A stretch of DNA of 64,000 bases from Acidobacteriota bacterium. Its GTDB lineage: Bacteria; Acidobacteriota; UBA6911; RPQK01; JAJDTT01. Position numbers and translations under genes: made by a program. The notes beneath the pieces are model-generated. The model was not told the DNA's origin. It worked only from the letters and a program-made list of their open reading frames with translations, and made no database searches. The stretch covers positions 2,464,001-2,528,000 of the forward strand of contig CBDCJH010000002.1 in the NCBI GenBank assembly GCA_965217775.1. Reading direction: 5' to 3'. Below, piece by piece: positions 1 through 8,079 of this stretch; positions within the stretch are counted from its first letter, which is position 1, and every line of letters starts with the position of its first letter.

Positions 1-2
1 TC

Positions 3-734
3 TGGCGCCGGATCCGCGGCCGGCGCATCGGATACGTCCCTCAGAGCTCCCTGGCCGGACTGAATCCGGTGCTCAAGGTCCGCACTCAGTTGACCGAGGC
101 GATCCATGCGGCCCGGGAGGTTGCCGCCGGGGAAGCGGACGACCAGGCGCTCCAGCTTCTGGAACTGGTGCGGATTCTCCGTCCCGACCAGGTCCTGGAG
201 ATGCGTTCCCATGAGCTCTCCGGCGGAATGCGTCAGCGCGTCATGATCGCGGCGGCCCTCGCTCAGCAGCCCGAGATCCTGATCGCCGACGAGCCGACGA
301 CGGCGCTGGACGTGACGATCCAACGCGAGATCCTGAACTTGATCAACCGCCTGCGAGCACGTCTGAAGATGGCCCTGATCTTCGTCTCCCACGATCTGGC
401 CGTGATCGAGGAAGTCTGTGACAGCGTGATGGTCATGTACGCCGGCGCGTCGGTCGAGAACGGACCCCTGGAGGCGTTGGTCCGTAACCCGCGCCATCCA
501 TACACCCGGGCCTTGCTGGCCTCGCGAGTGGACCTGGCGGTGCCGGGAGAAGATTTGGAGACCATTCCGGGGGATCCGGCATCGGTCGGCGCCTGGCCCT
601 CAGGATGCCGCTTCCGGCCCCGCTGTTCGCTGGCGGACGACGACTGCCGCGGAGGCGCCCAACCGCCTTTGGCGCCTGCCGGACGCCAACGGACGGCGTG
701 TCTTCACCACGACCGGATGGGGTGCGATCCATGA
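3..734 (+). CDS. Oligopeptide/dipeptide ABC transporter ATP-binding subunit (OppD/DppD-like), 5' truncated by window edge
   Basis: LSGGMRQR signature, ILIADEPTTALD Walker B, HPYT and C-terminal GCRF..RC motif; the frame stays open to the window start. Confidence 0.93.
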   Translation, partial: WRRIRGRRIGYVPQSSLAGLNPVLKVRTQLTEAIHAAREVAAGEADDQALQLLELVRILRPDQVLEMRSHELSGGMRQRVMIAAALAQQPEILIADEPTTALDVTIQREILNLINRLRARLKMALIFVSHDLAVIEEVCDSVMVMYAGASVENGPLEALVRNPRHPYTRALLASRVDLAVPGEDLETIPGDPASVGAWPSGCRFRPRCSLADDDCRGGAQPPLAPAGRQRTACLHHDRMGCDP

Positions 735-1549
735 GCGGACCGCTGCTGGAGGGCCGGAACATCACGGTCCGGTTCGGACGGGGTGCGGACGCGTTCGAGG
801 CCGTTCGCGATGCCAGCCTCTCCCTCGATCCGGGTGAGATCGTGGGCGTGGTTGGCGAGAGCGGCAGCGGCAAGACTACCCTTGCCAGGGTACTCGTTGG
901 CCTCCAGCCGGCGGCCTTTGGAACGGTGTTGTGGGAAGGCAAGCAGGTCGCGGAGCCCGACTCGCGAGAGCGCTTCCCCAAGAACGAGCGCTGGAAGGTC
1001 CAGATGGTCTTCCAGGACCCGTATTCGTCCCTCAACCCCCGGATGCGGGCGTGGTCGGCGGTGGCGGAAGCCCTCCAGGTATGGCGCGGGCTGACGCGCA
1101 AACAGGCCCAGGCAGAGTCCTTTTCCCTGCTTCAATCCATCGGCATCGACGAATCCCAGGCCCGAAGGTTTCCCAAGGCACTTTCGGGCGGCCAGCGTCA
1201 GCGGGTCAGCATCGCCCGGGCCCTGGCACCCGAACCGAGGGTCCTGATCGCGGACGAGCCCACGTCCGCAATCGACCAGTCGGCCCAGGCCCGCCTCGCC
1301 AACCTGCTTCGGCGGCTGCGGTCCGAACGGAACCTGGCCATCCTCTTCATCTCCCATGATTTGGCGCTGGTGCGCTACATGACCTCCCGGGTGCACGTAA
1401 TGCGCCGGGGACGCATTGTTGAGGCGGGACCGACGGAGACGGTCTTGCGGAAGCCACGGCATGCGTACACGCGCGTCCTGCTGGACTCGTTGCCGGGACG
1501 CGGCGGGAAGGGAGCGGCGGCTTTCTTGCCGCCGATCCGGGGGGGTTAG
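731..1549 (+). CDS. Oligopeptide/dipeptide ABC transporter ATP-binding subunit (OppF/DppF-like)
   Basis: ATG at 731 overlaps upstream TGA; GESGSGKT Walker A, FQDPYSSLNP, LSGGQRQR, IADEPTS; C-terminus runs into a REP palindrome. Confidence 0.92.
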   Translation: MSGPLLEGRNITVRFGRGADAFEAVRDASLSLDPGEIVGVVGESGSGKTTLARVLVGLQPAAFGTVLWEGKQVAEPDSRERFPKNERWKVQMVFQDPYSSLNPRMRAWSAVAEALQVWRGLTRKQAQAESFSLLQSIGIDESQARRFPKALSGGQRQRVSIARALAPEPRVLIADEPTSAIDQSAQARLANLLRRLRSERNLAILFISHDLALVRYMTSRVHVMRRGRIVEAGPTETVLRKPRHAYTRVLLDSLPGRGGKGAAAFLPPIRGG

Positions 1550-1652
1550 GGGGGACGGCAGTCCCCCCTCTACACTTGCCGCCTGCCGAAGCAACACCGG
1601 AGAGCAGGCGGCAAGAAAACCGCCTGTCCCAGTGGGCGACAAGAAAGTCGCC
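1516..1652. repeat. REP-like palindrome cluster (GGCGRCAAGAAAGYCGCC / GGGGAC..GTCCCC family), left of IS110
   Basis: ggcggctttcttgccgcc 1516-1533, gggggacggcagtccccc, ggcggcaagaaaaccgcc, ggcgacaagaaagtcgcc; related copies at about 3353, 3381, 7399, 11790, 13658, 34549, 44749, 52010, 59085, 63185. Confidence 0.85.
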
Positions 1653-1668
1653 TGTACCCTTTAGGGGA

Positions 1669-1837
1669 CTTCACCCACGGTGGGTGAAGAGGGCCATCCG
1701 GCCGGGAGCGACCCTAAAGTCCCCGCGCCTGAGAGCACCTGGAGGGGATTCGTGCCCCGGCCGGTAGCCGCGATGGAGAACCGGTGGAAAGTCAGCGTCC
1801 TAGAACAGCCAGTACAGGAACCGATCCGAATCGCGGC
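1669..1837 (+). ncRNA. Putative IS110 bridge RNA (5' hairpin, target-binding loop, donor-binding loop)
   Basis: Hairpin cttcaccca/tgggtgaag 1669-1689; stem ccggccggg/cccggccgg (1698-1764) enclosing guides AAAGTCCCC and GGAGGGG that match the target; stem gccgcgat/atcgcggc (1767-1837) enclosing guides GGTGGAAAGTC and GTACAGG that match the donor junction. Confidence 0.8.
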
Positions 1838-1872
1838 GGCCCAACATCCATTTAAGCACTCGGAGGGTCGGG

Positions 1873-3120
1873 ATGAAACAAGATCAATGGTTTGTGGGGG
1901 TCGATTGGGCCTCCCGGTCGCACCAAGTCTGCGTGCTGGACGCGCAAGGCACTTGTCAGGGACAGCGCAGCTTCCCGCATAGCGGTTCGGGCCTCGCCCA
2001 GATGGCCGACTGGATTCTCGAGCAGACGGGAACGAGTGCGGAGGCCGTCTCGGTGGCGATTGAAGTGATCAACGGTCCCGTAGTGGAGTTCCTGATGGGT
2101 CGGCGTTTTGTCGTCTATACCATCAATCCGACACAGTTGGATCGGTTCCGTGACCGCTTCTCGCCGGCCGGAGCGAAGGATGACCGCCGCGATGCCCGGG
2201 TGCTGGCCGACGCCCTGAGAACCGACGGCAATCGCTTGCGACGGCTGGGTCCCGTCGACTCTGAGGTGATCGAGCTGCGCGAGTACTCACGACTGGCCGA
2301 CCAGTTGATCCGCGAGCGGACCCGGCTGGTCAACCGTCTCCACGATCAACTCTGGCGCTACTATCCGCAGTTCCGGGACCTCAGCAAGAATCTCGCCGAG
2401 CCTTGGGTGATGGAAGTGTGGAAGCTGGCCCCGACGCCGGAGGATGCCCGGAAGCTGCGCCCGGTCCGGGTCGCCAAAGTGTTGAAACAACATCGGATCC
2501 GCCGAATCGATGCTCCCGAGGTCCTGCGTCTCTTGCGGGTGCCCTCCTTCCCCCTGGCCGCCGGCACCGTCCAGGCCGCCAAGGTTCACATCGCCAGCTT
2601 GGCGGAGCTCCTCGCTCTGGTCCAGCGCCAACTCCGTGACCTCTCTCGTGAGAGTGCGCGTCTGATCCGGGTTTTGGAGAAGCGGTTAGAGTCGGCGGCG
2701 GGGCCCCAGGGCCCGAGGCAGGACGTGGCGATCCTTGCCTCCCTGCCCGGGGTCGGCACCAGGGTTCTCGCCACACTACTCTCGGAAGCCTACGATGCGG
2801 TGCAACGAAGAGACTATGCCGCCTTGCGTTGTCTGTGCGGGGTCGCCCCCGTGACCCGGCGCTCCGGCAAACACACCCGCGTGGTGCGCCGCCAGGCGGT
2901 TCACCCTCGTCTGCGCGAGGCGGCCTATCATTGGGCCCGGGTATCCGCACAACACGACGCCACCAGCCGAGCCAAATACAAGGCCCTCAGGGAGCGCGGC
3001 CACGGCCATGCGCGGGCCCTGCGGTCCGTGGCTGACCGTCTGCTGGGGGTGGCCTGCACCATGTTGCGAAACCAGACGATGTTCGATGAGAATCATGCGA
3101 GACAGCGCCGTGCCGCTTGA
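1873..3120 (+). CDS. IS110-family DEDD recombinase/transposase
   Basis: N-terminal VGVDWA, E in IEV, KDDRRDA, LPGVG, and GVAPVTRRSGK with the putative catalytic Ser; 415 aa. Confidence 0.95.
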   Translation: MKQDQWFVGVDWASRSHQVCVLDAQGTCQGQRSFPHSGSGLAQMADWILEQTGTSAEAVSVAIEVINGPVVEFLMGRRFVVYTINPTQLDRFRDRFSPAGAKDDRRDARVLADALRTDGNRLRRLGPVDSEVIELREYSRLADQLIRERTRLVNRLHDQLWRYYPQFRDLSKNLAEPWVMEVWKLAPTPEDARKLRPVRVAKVLKQHRIRRIDAPEVLRLLRVPSFPLAAGTVQAAKVHIASLAELLALVQRQLRDLSRESARLIRVLEKRLESAAGPQGPRQDVAILASLPGVGTRVLATLLSEAYDAVQRRDYAALRCLCGVAPVTRRSGKHTRVVRRQAVHPRLREAAYHWARVSAQHDATSRAKYKALRERGHGHARALRSVADRLLGVACTMLRNQTMFDENHARQRRAA

Positions 3121-3342
3121 TGTAGATCCGGCCCGAGGTTCGCTCCAGGCTCCGCCGTGCGCGACCGCGCCTGGGGCTCGAGTGCGAGCCCGCCTTGGCG
3201 AGATCGGTCCGGATCCGGTTCCGTCCTGGGATCTAGCCGCCGTCGTCGAGCCGGTGGGAAAGTGGGAAACATTCCCATGTTTTCCAATTTTCCACGGGCT
3301 CCTGGCTCCTCCCGTGCCCCCTTGATAAAAGGTGGGAAGTCC

Positions 3343-3402
3343 CCTCCCAGTGGGCGACAAGAATGTCCCCCCTCCCAATGGGCGGCAAGAAAGCCGCCCC
3401 TC
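3343..3402. repeat. REP-like palindrome cluster, right of IS110
   Basis: cccagtgggcgacaagaatgtcccccct and cccaatgggcggcaagaaagccgcccct in tandem. Confidence 0.85.
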
Positions 3403-3443
3403 CAGTCGCCCCTCCGGCCACTCCTCATCGACCGGCCTTTACT

Positions 3444-4274
3444 CTACACCGGGCGGATCCGGATGTTCTTCCAGCGGCACTTGGCGCCGGTCGGCCAGCT
3501 CTTTCCGCCGTGGACCTGGACCGCGATGCTGCCGGGTTGGCCGATGCGGTTCACGATCTCCTGGCGGTTGTCGACGTACTTCTGGTTGGTGGTGGTCGGC
3601 CCGTCGAACTCGCAGATCTTCAGGCCGTTGATCCAGGTGGTGACGTGCGGTTCGGTTCCGCTGATGAGGACCCGGGCCGTGTTCCAATCGTCAATCTTGT
3701 AGGCTTCGATGAACTCCTCCGGCGTGCAGGACGAGATCAATCCGGCTTCCTCCAAGGAGCGGCCTCCGATGGGCGTGAGACGAACCAATCGTTGGTCCTG
3801 ATCCAGGATCCCGTTGACCTCGAAGGTTGCGCAGTTGAAGCCGAAGGTCCCTTCTCCGTAGAGGAACCCCATCTTGCCGTTGTCGTGATAGTCGACCATC
3901 ATCTGCACGCACTGGCCCTTGTCGTTGCTGCGCAGAAAGAGCCCCGAGCAGACCCCCCAGTCCGGTTTGATGTCGATGGAGAGTTCAAAGTCCATGAACT
4001 TCTCGTCGGTGAGCAGGATGCCGCCGTTGCCCGAACCGGGGGGATCCTGCTGACCCGTGATGGTCCCATCCTCGACGGCCCACTGCCCACCCGTACCATG
4101 ACCGATCTTCTCCGGATTGGTGTGCCAGCCATTCAGTGAAACCCCGTCGAAAAGGGGCTTCCACTCGGATTGGGTTGAAGGGGCGCAACCCAGCGCCGAG
4201 AGTGCGGGAATGAAGCTGGCGCCCGCTGCGGTTCGAGACACGTTTTCTATGAAACGACGGCGATCAATCTGCAT
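3444..4274 (-). CDS. DUF1080 / 3-keto-disaccharide hydrolase family protein, Tat-exported
   Basis: DRRRFI Tat motif, LFDGVSLNGW, WAVEDG, SGLFLR, IAVQVHG, WKNIRIR. Confidence 0.88.
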   Translation of the reverse strand: MQIDRRRFIENVSRTAAGASFIPALSALGCAPSTQSEWKPLFDGVSLNGWHTNPEKIGHGTGGQWAVEDGTITGQQDPPGSGNGGILLTDEKFMDFELSIDIKPDWGVCSGLFLRSNDKGQCVQMMVDYHDNGKMGFLYGEGTFGFNCATFEVNGILDQDQRLVRLTPIGGRSLEEAGLISSCTPEEFIEAYKIDDWNTARVLISGTEPHVTTWINGLKICEFDGPTTTNQKYVDNRQEIVNRIGQPGSIAVQVHGGKSWPTGAKCRWKNIRIRPV

Positions 4275-4566
4275 GGGTCAGAACCTCCGGATGCATTCGT
4301 TGAAGTCGGTGTCGTCGGCGCCGACCGTTCGGGTTCCGAAATATCGTGGAACAGTCGCAACCGCACGGGTCGCCGACAATAATCGTCTGGATTTCGCGTT
4401 GTTCGGGATTATAGGGTCTGAACAGCGACCAAGACAACGGACTGTCCCGAAGGCAATAGAGACACGGCCGAACCGAGCACCTGCCGCGACACTCAGGTGT
4501 TACGATTGCTCCTTCAGGTCGATTTTTCCTACTACTTTCAAGAATCCGGATGTGGAGAATATTGGT

Positions 4567-4824
4567 ATGGCGCTAAAAATAGATGATGCAGAGACCCATG
4601 GCCTCGCGAAGAGGCTCGCCACGCTGACCGGAAAATCGTTGACCGAGGCGGTCAAACATGCCCTCCAGGCGCGCCTGGAGCAGGTTGAGAAATCGCGTGG
4701 CATATCGCGGCGCGTCGAAGAATTGGATCGCATCGCGCTGGACTGCGCGAAACTACCGAGGCGCGACCAACGAAGTGCCAATGAGATCATCGGTTACGAC
4801 ACTTTGGGCATTTTCGGGGCGTAA
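4567..4824 (+). CDS. vapB: VapB-type antitoxin (Rv0623-like), no intact cognate VapC
   Basis: MALKIDDAETHGLAKRLATLTGKSLTEAV RHH-like N-terminus and C-terminal EIIGYD motif. Confidence 0.8.
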   Translation: MALKIDDAETHGLAKRLATLTGKSLTEAVKHALQARLEQVEKSRGISRRVEELDRIALDCAKLPRRDQRSANEIIGYDTLGIFGA

Positions 4825-4860
4825 GAGGCTGTTGCCGAGCCCGAGAAGGAATTTCTCAAA

Positions 4861-6537
4861 GTGGTAGACACCTCAGCAAATGAGTCTCGTGACGCCGAGT
4901 CGGAGACAGGGAAAGCCCGCGCCAGGTTTTTTCGGGTGACGAAGCGAGCGAAGGAAGCGGCCACTCGGTCCGCGGAAAAGACTCGTGATCGGGCGGCACG
5001 GGTAGCGGCGGGAGCCAAGAATGCTGCGACTCGGTCCGCGGAAAAGACTCGTGACGGGGCGGCGCGGGTTGCGGACGAGGCCAAGGACGCCGCCGCCTGG
5101 TCTGCCGAAAAGGTTCGCGTCGGCACGGCTCGGGTGACGGAGGAAGCCATGCACGCAGCCAATTGGTCCACCAAAAAGACACGGGTTGGGACAACCCACA
5201 TCGCCGAGGGAGCGAAGGATGCGGCCACTCGGTCCGCCGAAAAGGGCCGCGAGGGGGCGGCACAGGTCGCAGACGGAGTCAAGGACGCGGCCGCCTGGTC
5301 CGCCGAGAAGGCACGGGTTGGGGCAACCCACATCGCCGGGGGAACGAAGGATGCAGCCACTCGGTCCGCCGAAAAGACCCGCGAGGGGGCGGCACAGGTC
5401 GCGGACGGAGTCAAGGACGCGGCCGCCTGGTCTGCCGAGAAGGCACAGGTTGGGGCAACCCACATCGCCCAGGGTACTAGGGATGCAGCCGGTTGGTCCG
5501 CCGAGAGGGCTCGCGACGGAGCGGAACAGGTTGTAGAGGGAGTCAAGGACGCGGCCGTCCGGTCCGCGGAGAAGGCTCGTCAAGGGGCTACGGCGGGGCT
5601 GTCCGTTACTCGCTCTTATGGTGCGCCGGTCATCGCCGGTGTGACGGCCGGCGTCTTGGCCGTCTCCGAGAAGGTAAGGGTGACAGATTCCTTCCAGCAG
5701 ATGTTGGCGATTATGCGCGACCCGACTCCGTTCTGGGACGCTTACGGTCACCTTTCGCGCTTTTCACTCAATCTCGACTGGGCGAACTTGGACCCGACGA
5801 AGTATTTGTACGCCGGGACACGGGGCACCTCGCGGGGTCTGGTTGAAGCACAGAGGGTCTGGGAGACGATCCCCGAACAGATCCGGATAGCGGGGCCTGA
5901 GGCCACGGCGAAGTACCTGGAGGGCAAGGACTGGAGCCACATCCGTGCATACAGCGAGGGCGGCAGTCACTCGGCGTCCAATGGCTTGTTCGAAAACTCC
6001 TCCGTGAATCGCGCACGGGGCAGCGATCTAATGACGCCGAGGGAGCTGGAAGCGGCGCAACGGATCCTGCAGAGCGACGCCTTTCACGCGACGCTCCTGG
6101 AGACGGCAAAATGCGCCTTGGAAGGGGCCTTGACCGCCGCGGCGATAGCAGCGGTGATGGCCGTGTTGGAGTACGGGCTCCAGTACCAGAGAAGAGAGAT
6201 AACGGAAGGCGAACTATACCGGGCGATCGGCAAGTCCATCATGGCCGCCGGAATCAGCGGCGCGGCCGTTTCGGGACTTTTGGCGGCGTTGGCGATGGCG
6301 TTTCCGGCAACGGTCCCGGTGATGTCGTTCCTGCTGGTCCCATTGATGGTGATCGGCTTTTCGGTCCTGGGCTTGCGGCTGGCGCGGCTGGGCAAGGGCT
6401 GGTATGAGGTGTATCTAAGCGAACAGCCGCTCAGGCCACTGGCACTTCAGTATTGGCTGGCGAACCAGGCAAGGGCCACAGCCAACTACGTCGGTACGCT
6501 GGCGAGACGGCGTCTGGCCGAAGAAGCCGGGAGGTGA
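4861..6537 (+). CDS. Protein with 22/44-aa amphipathic repeats, a central HNH-like motif and a hydrophobic C-terminus
   Basis: About 9-10 repeats of KDAA(T/A)(R/W)SAEK; DWSHI...GG...N......VNRARG; several hydrophobic segments near the C-terminus. Confidence 0.75.
   Translation: MVDTSANESRDAESETGKARARFFRVTKRAKEAATRSAEKTRDRAARVAAGAKNAATRSAEKTRDGAARVADEAKDAAAWSAEKVRVGTARVTEEAMHAANWSTKKTRVGTTHIAEGAKDAATRSAEKGREGAAQVADGVKDAAAWSAEKARVGATHIAGGTKDAATRSAEKTREGAAQVADGVKDAAAWSAEKAQVGATHIAQGTRDAAGWSAERARDGAEQVVEGVKDAAVRSAEKARQGATAGLSVTRSYGAPVIAGVTAGVLAVSEKVRVTDSFQQMLAIMRDPTPFWDAYGHLSRFSLNLDWANLDPTKYLYAGTRGTSRGLVEAQRVWETIPEQIRIAGPEATAKYLEGKDWSHIRAYSEGGSHSASNGLFENSSVNRARGSDLMTPRELEAAQRILQSDAFHATLLETAKCALEGALTAAAIAAVMAVLEYGLQYQRREITEGELYRAIGKSIMAAGISGAAVSGLLAALAMAFPATVPVMSFLLVPLMVIGFSVLGLRLARLGKGWYEVYLSEQPLRPLALQYWLANQARATANYVGTLARRRLAEEAGR
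4920..5590 (+). repeat. Intragenic tandem repeat with 66-bp units alternating in a 132-bp period
   Basis: gcNgccactcggtccgccgaaaag at 5221 and 5353 (offset 132); gtcaaggacgcggccgcctggtc repeated. Confidence 0.85.
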
Positions 6538-6540
6538 AGG

Positions 6541-7353
6541 ATGGGGCGTTTGGGAGACAAGGTGGCGATCGTAACGGGGGCCGGTCAGGGCTTGGGCGAG
6601 TCTGTGGCCGTGCGGTTCGCGGCGGAGGGCGCCCGGGTGGCGGTCGTAGACGTGAATCCGCAAACGGCCGCGGAGACGGTAGGGAAAATCCGGGAGGCCG
6701 GCGGCGAAGCCATTTCGGTGGTGGCCGACTGCAGCGACGAGCAGGACTGCGAGCGCATGGCGGCGACCACCGTGGAGCAATTCGGCAGGATCGACATCCT
6801 CGTGAACAACGCCGCCATATTCGGCAAAGTGGCGCCTGTGTACGAGATCGATGCAGAGGTCTGGGACCGGGTCATCCGGGTCAACTTGAGCGGCCCGTTC
6901 CTCTGCTCCAAGGCGGTGATCCCCCAGATGAAACGCCAGGGGGCCGGAAGCATCGTCTGCGTCTCGTCGGTGTCGGGCGTGCAGGGCAACGAGAACCAGG
7001 CCGACTACAACACCTCCAAGCATGGCCTAATCGGCCTGACCCGTTGCATCGCCCAGGATTGCGGCCTCGACGGCATCCGGGCCAACGCCGTCTGCCCCAC
7101 CGGCATGAACACGCCCATGATGGCCAATACGCCCGCCGAGAACGTGGCGCCCTATGCGGGCCAGACGCTCATGTCCCGCTTCGCCGAGCCCAGCGAGGTG
7201 GCCAACGCCATCCTGTTCCTGGCCAGCGACGAAGCCTCCTACATCACGGGCGCCGTGCTGATGGTGGACGGCGGGATGACCGCGATCCAACCCTCCGGGC
7301 GGCAGATGGAAGTGGGCCAAGCCAGGTTTCTGGCCCGGTCTGCAAATCAGTAA
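6541..7353 (+). CDS. Short-chain dehydrogenase/reductase (FabG-like)
   Basis: TGAGQGLG, ILVNNA, YNTSKHG (YxxxK), VDGG. Confidence 0.93.
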   Translation: MGRLGDKVAIVTGAGQGLGESVAVRFAAEGARVAVVDVNPQTAAETVGKIREAGGEAISVVADCSDEQDCERMAATTVEQFGRIDILVNNAAIFGKVAPVYEIDAEVWDRVIRVNLSGPFLCSKAVIPQMKRQGAGSIVCVSSVSGVQGNENQADYNTSKHGLIGLTRCIAQDCGLDGIRANAVCPTGMNTPMMANTPAENVAPYAGQTLMSRFAEPSEVANAILFLASDEASYITGAVLMVDGGMTAIQPSGRQMEVGQARFLARSANQ

Positions 7354-7441
7354 GCCGTGCCGGCGAACTTCGGTGGGATCGGAGGACGAGGACGAAGAGG
7401 GGGACAAGACTGTCCCCCTCCTGGCGGGGTCAGGCGCCGGG

Positions 7442-7933
7442 TTACGTGTTCTGGTGGTGCGGCTGCGGCTGGTTCAACTCCAGCAGGTTCCCGTCCGGAT
7501 CGTAGAAGAAGAGGACCACCCATCCCCCTTCCTCCGCCTCCCAGTAGACGGGCGGAGAGACGAATTCGACGCCTTCTCCCTTCAGGAACTCGTGCGTCGC
7601 CTCGATGTCTTCCACGTCGAAGCAGATATGCGCCGAAGGGACGTGGTGCAACGGGTACCGGCCCACGGGGCTCTTGGGAGTGATCCACTCGATCAGATCG
7701 AGGGTCATGCCCGGGTTCTCGGGCATCTTCATGCGATACTCCCGGATTCTCACGTCGGGGAACCGGGTCATCTTGGAGACGCCCTGGATGTTCTCGGACC
7801 CGGGCATCGGGTGCTCGACGTACTCCTCCACCTCCAGGCCCAGCAAGTGGTGATAGAAATGGAACGACCGGTCCAGATCGCGCACCATCAAGGCGATATG
7901 GTCCATCCTCCGGATCTTCTTCATCCCAGCCAT
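7442..7933 (-). CDS. VOC/glyoxalase family protein
   Basis: DHIALMVRDLDRS..FY..LLG, HICFDVED, FFYDPDGNLLEL; start at MAGMKK after a GGAGG RBS. Confidence 0.9.
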   Translation of the reverse strand: MAGMKKIRRMDHIALMVRDLDRSFHFYHHLLGLEVEEYVEHPMPGSENIQGVSKMTRFPDVRIREYRMKMPENPGMTLDLIEWITPKSPVGRYPLHHVPSAHICFDVEDIEATHEFLKGEGVEFVSPPVYWEAEEGGWVVLFFYDPDGNLLELNQPQPHHQNT

Positions 7934-8020
7934 CGTGACACCTCCGTCGGGAAAGGCGGCCCTCCCGGAAATCGGTCGGTACCGAAACACAACGTCATCA
8001 TCTAGAATAAACCCCTATCG

Positions 8021-8040
8021 GGACTGACTACAGTCAGTCC
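8021..8040. promoter_or_regulatory. Palindromic operator candidate between divergent genes
   Basis: GGACTGACT-AC-AGTCAGTCC, perfect 9-bp arms in the intergenic region between the VOC and glycosidase genes. Confidence 0.6.
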
Positions 8041-8079
8041 TCAGATCATGACTCACTCCAACCCGGATGGTGAATCGAA

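Larger units (their letters stand above)
1651..3342 (+). mobile_element. IS110-family insertion sequence inserted in a REP array, with CC core dinucleotide at both ends
   Basis: Removing 1653-3342 restores the REP unit aagaaagtcgCCcctcccagtggg; short subterminal IR ggacttcacccac (1666-1678) / gtgggaagtcc (3332-3342); intact recombinase ORF. Confidence 0.88.

Noticed and set aside
1653-3345. IS110 boundaries with a CT core as in IS621
   Set aside because: A CT core gives a 19-bp promoter spacer, poorer guide matches and an imperfect REP; a CC core fits all three
1516-3402. Short repeats around the IS110 as a CRISPR array
   Set aside because: Units abut without unique spacers, there are no cas genes, and the same palindromes are dispersed genome-style, so they are REPs
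4117-4566. N-terminal extension of the vapB ORF (235-aa call)
   Set aside because: It overlaps the divergent DUF1080 gene and promoter region; the antitoxin similarity starts at Met 4567
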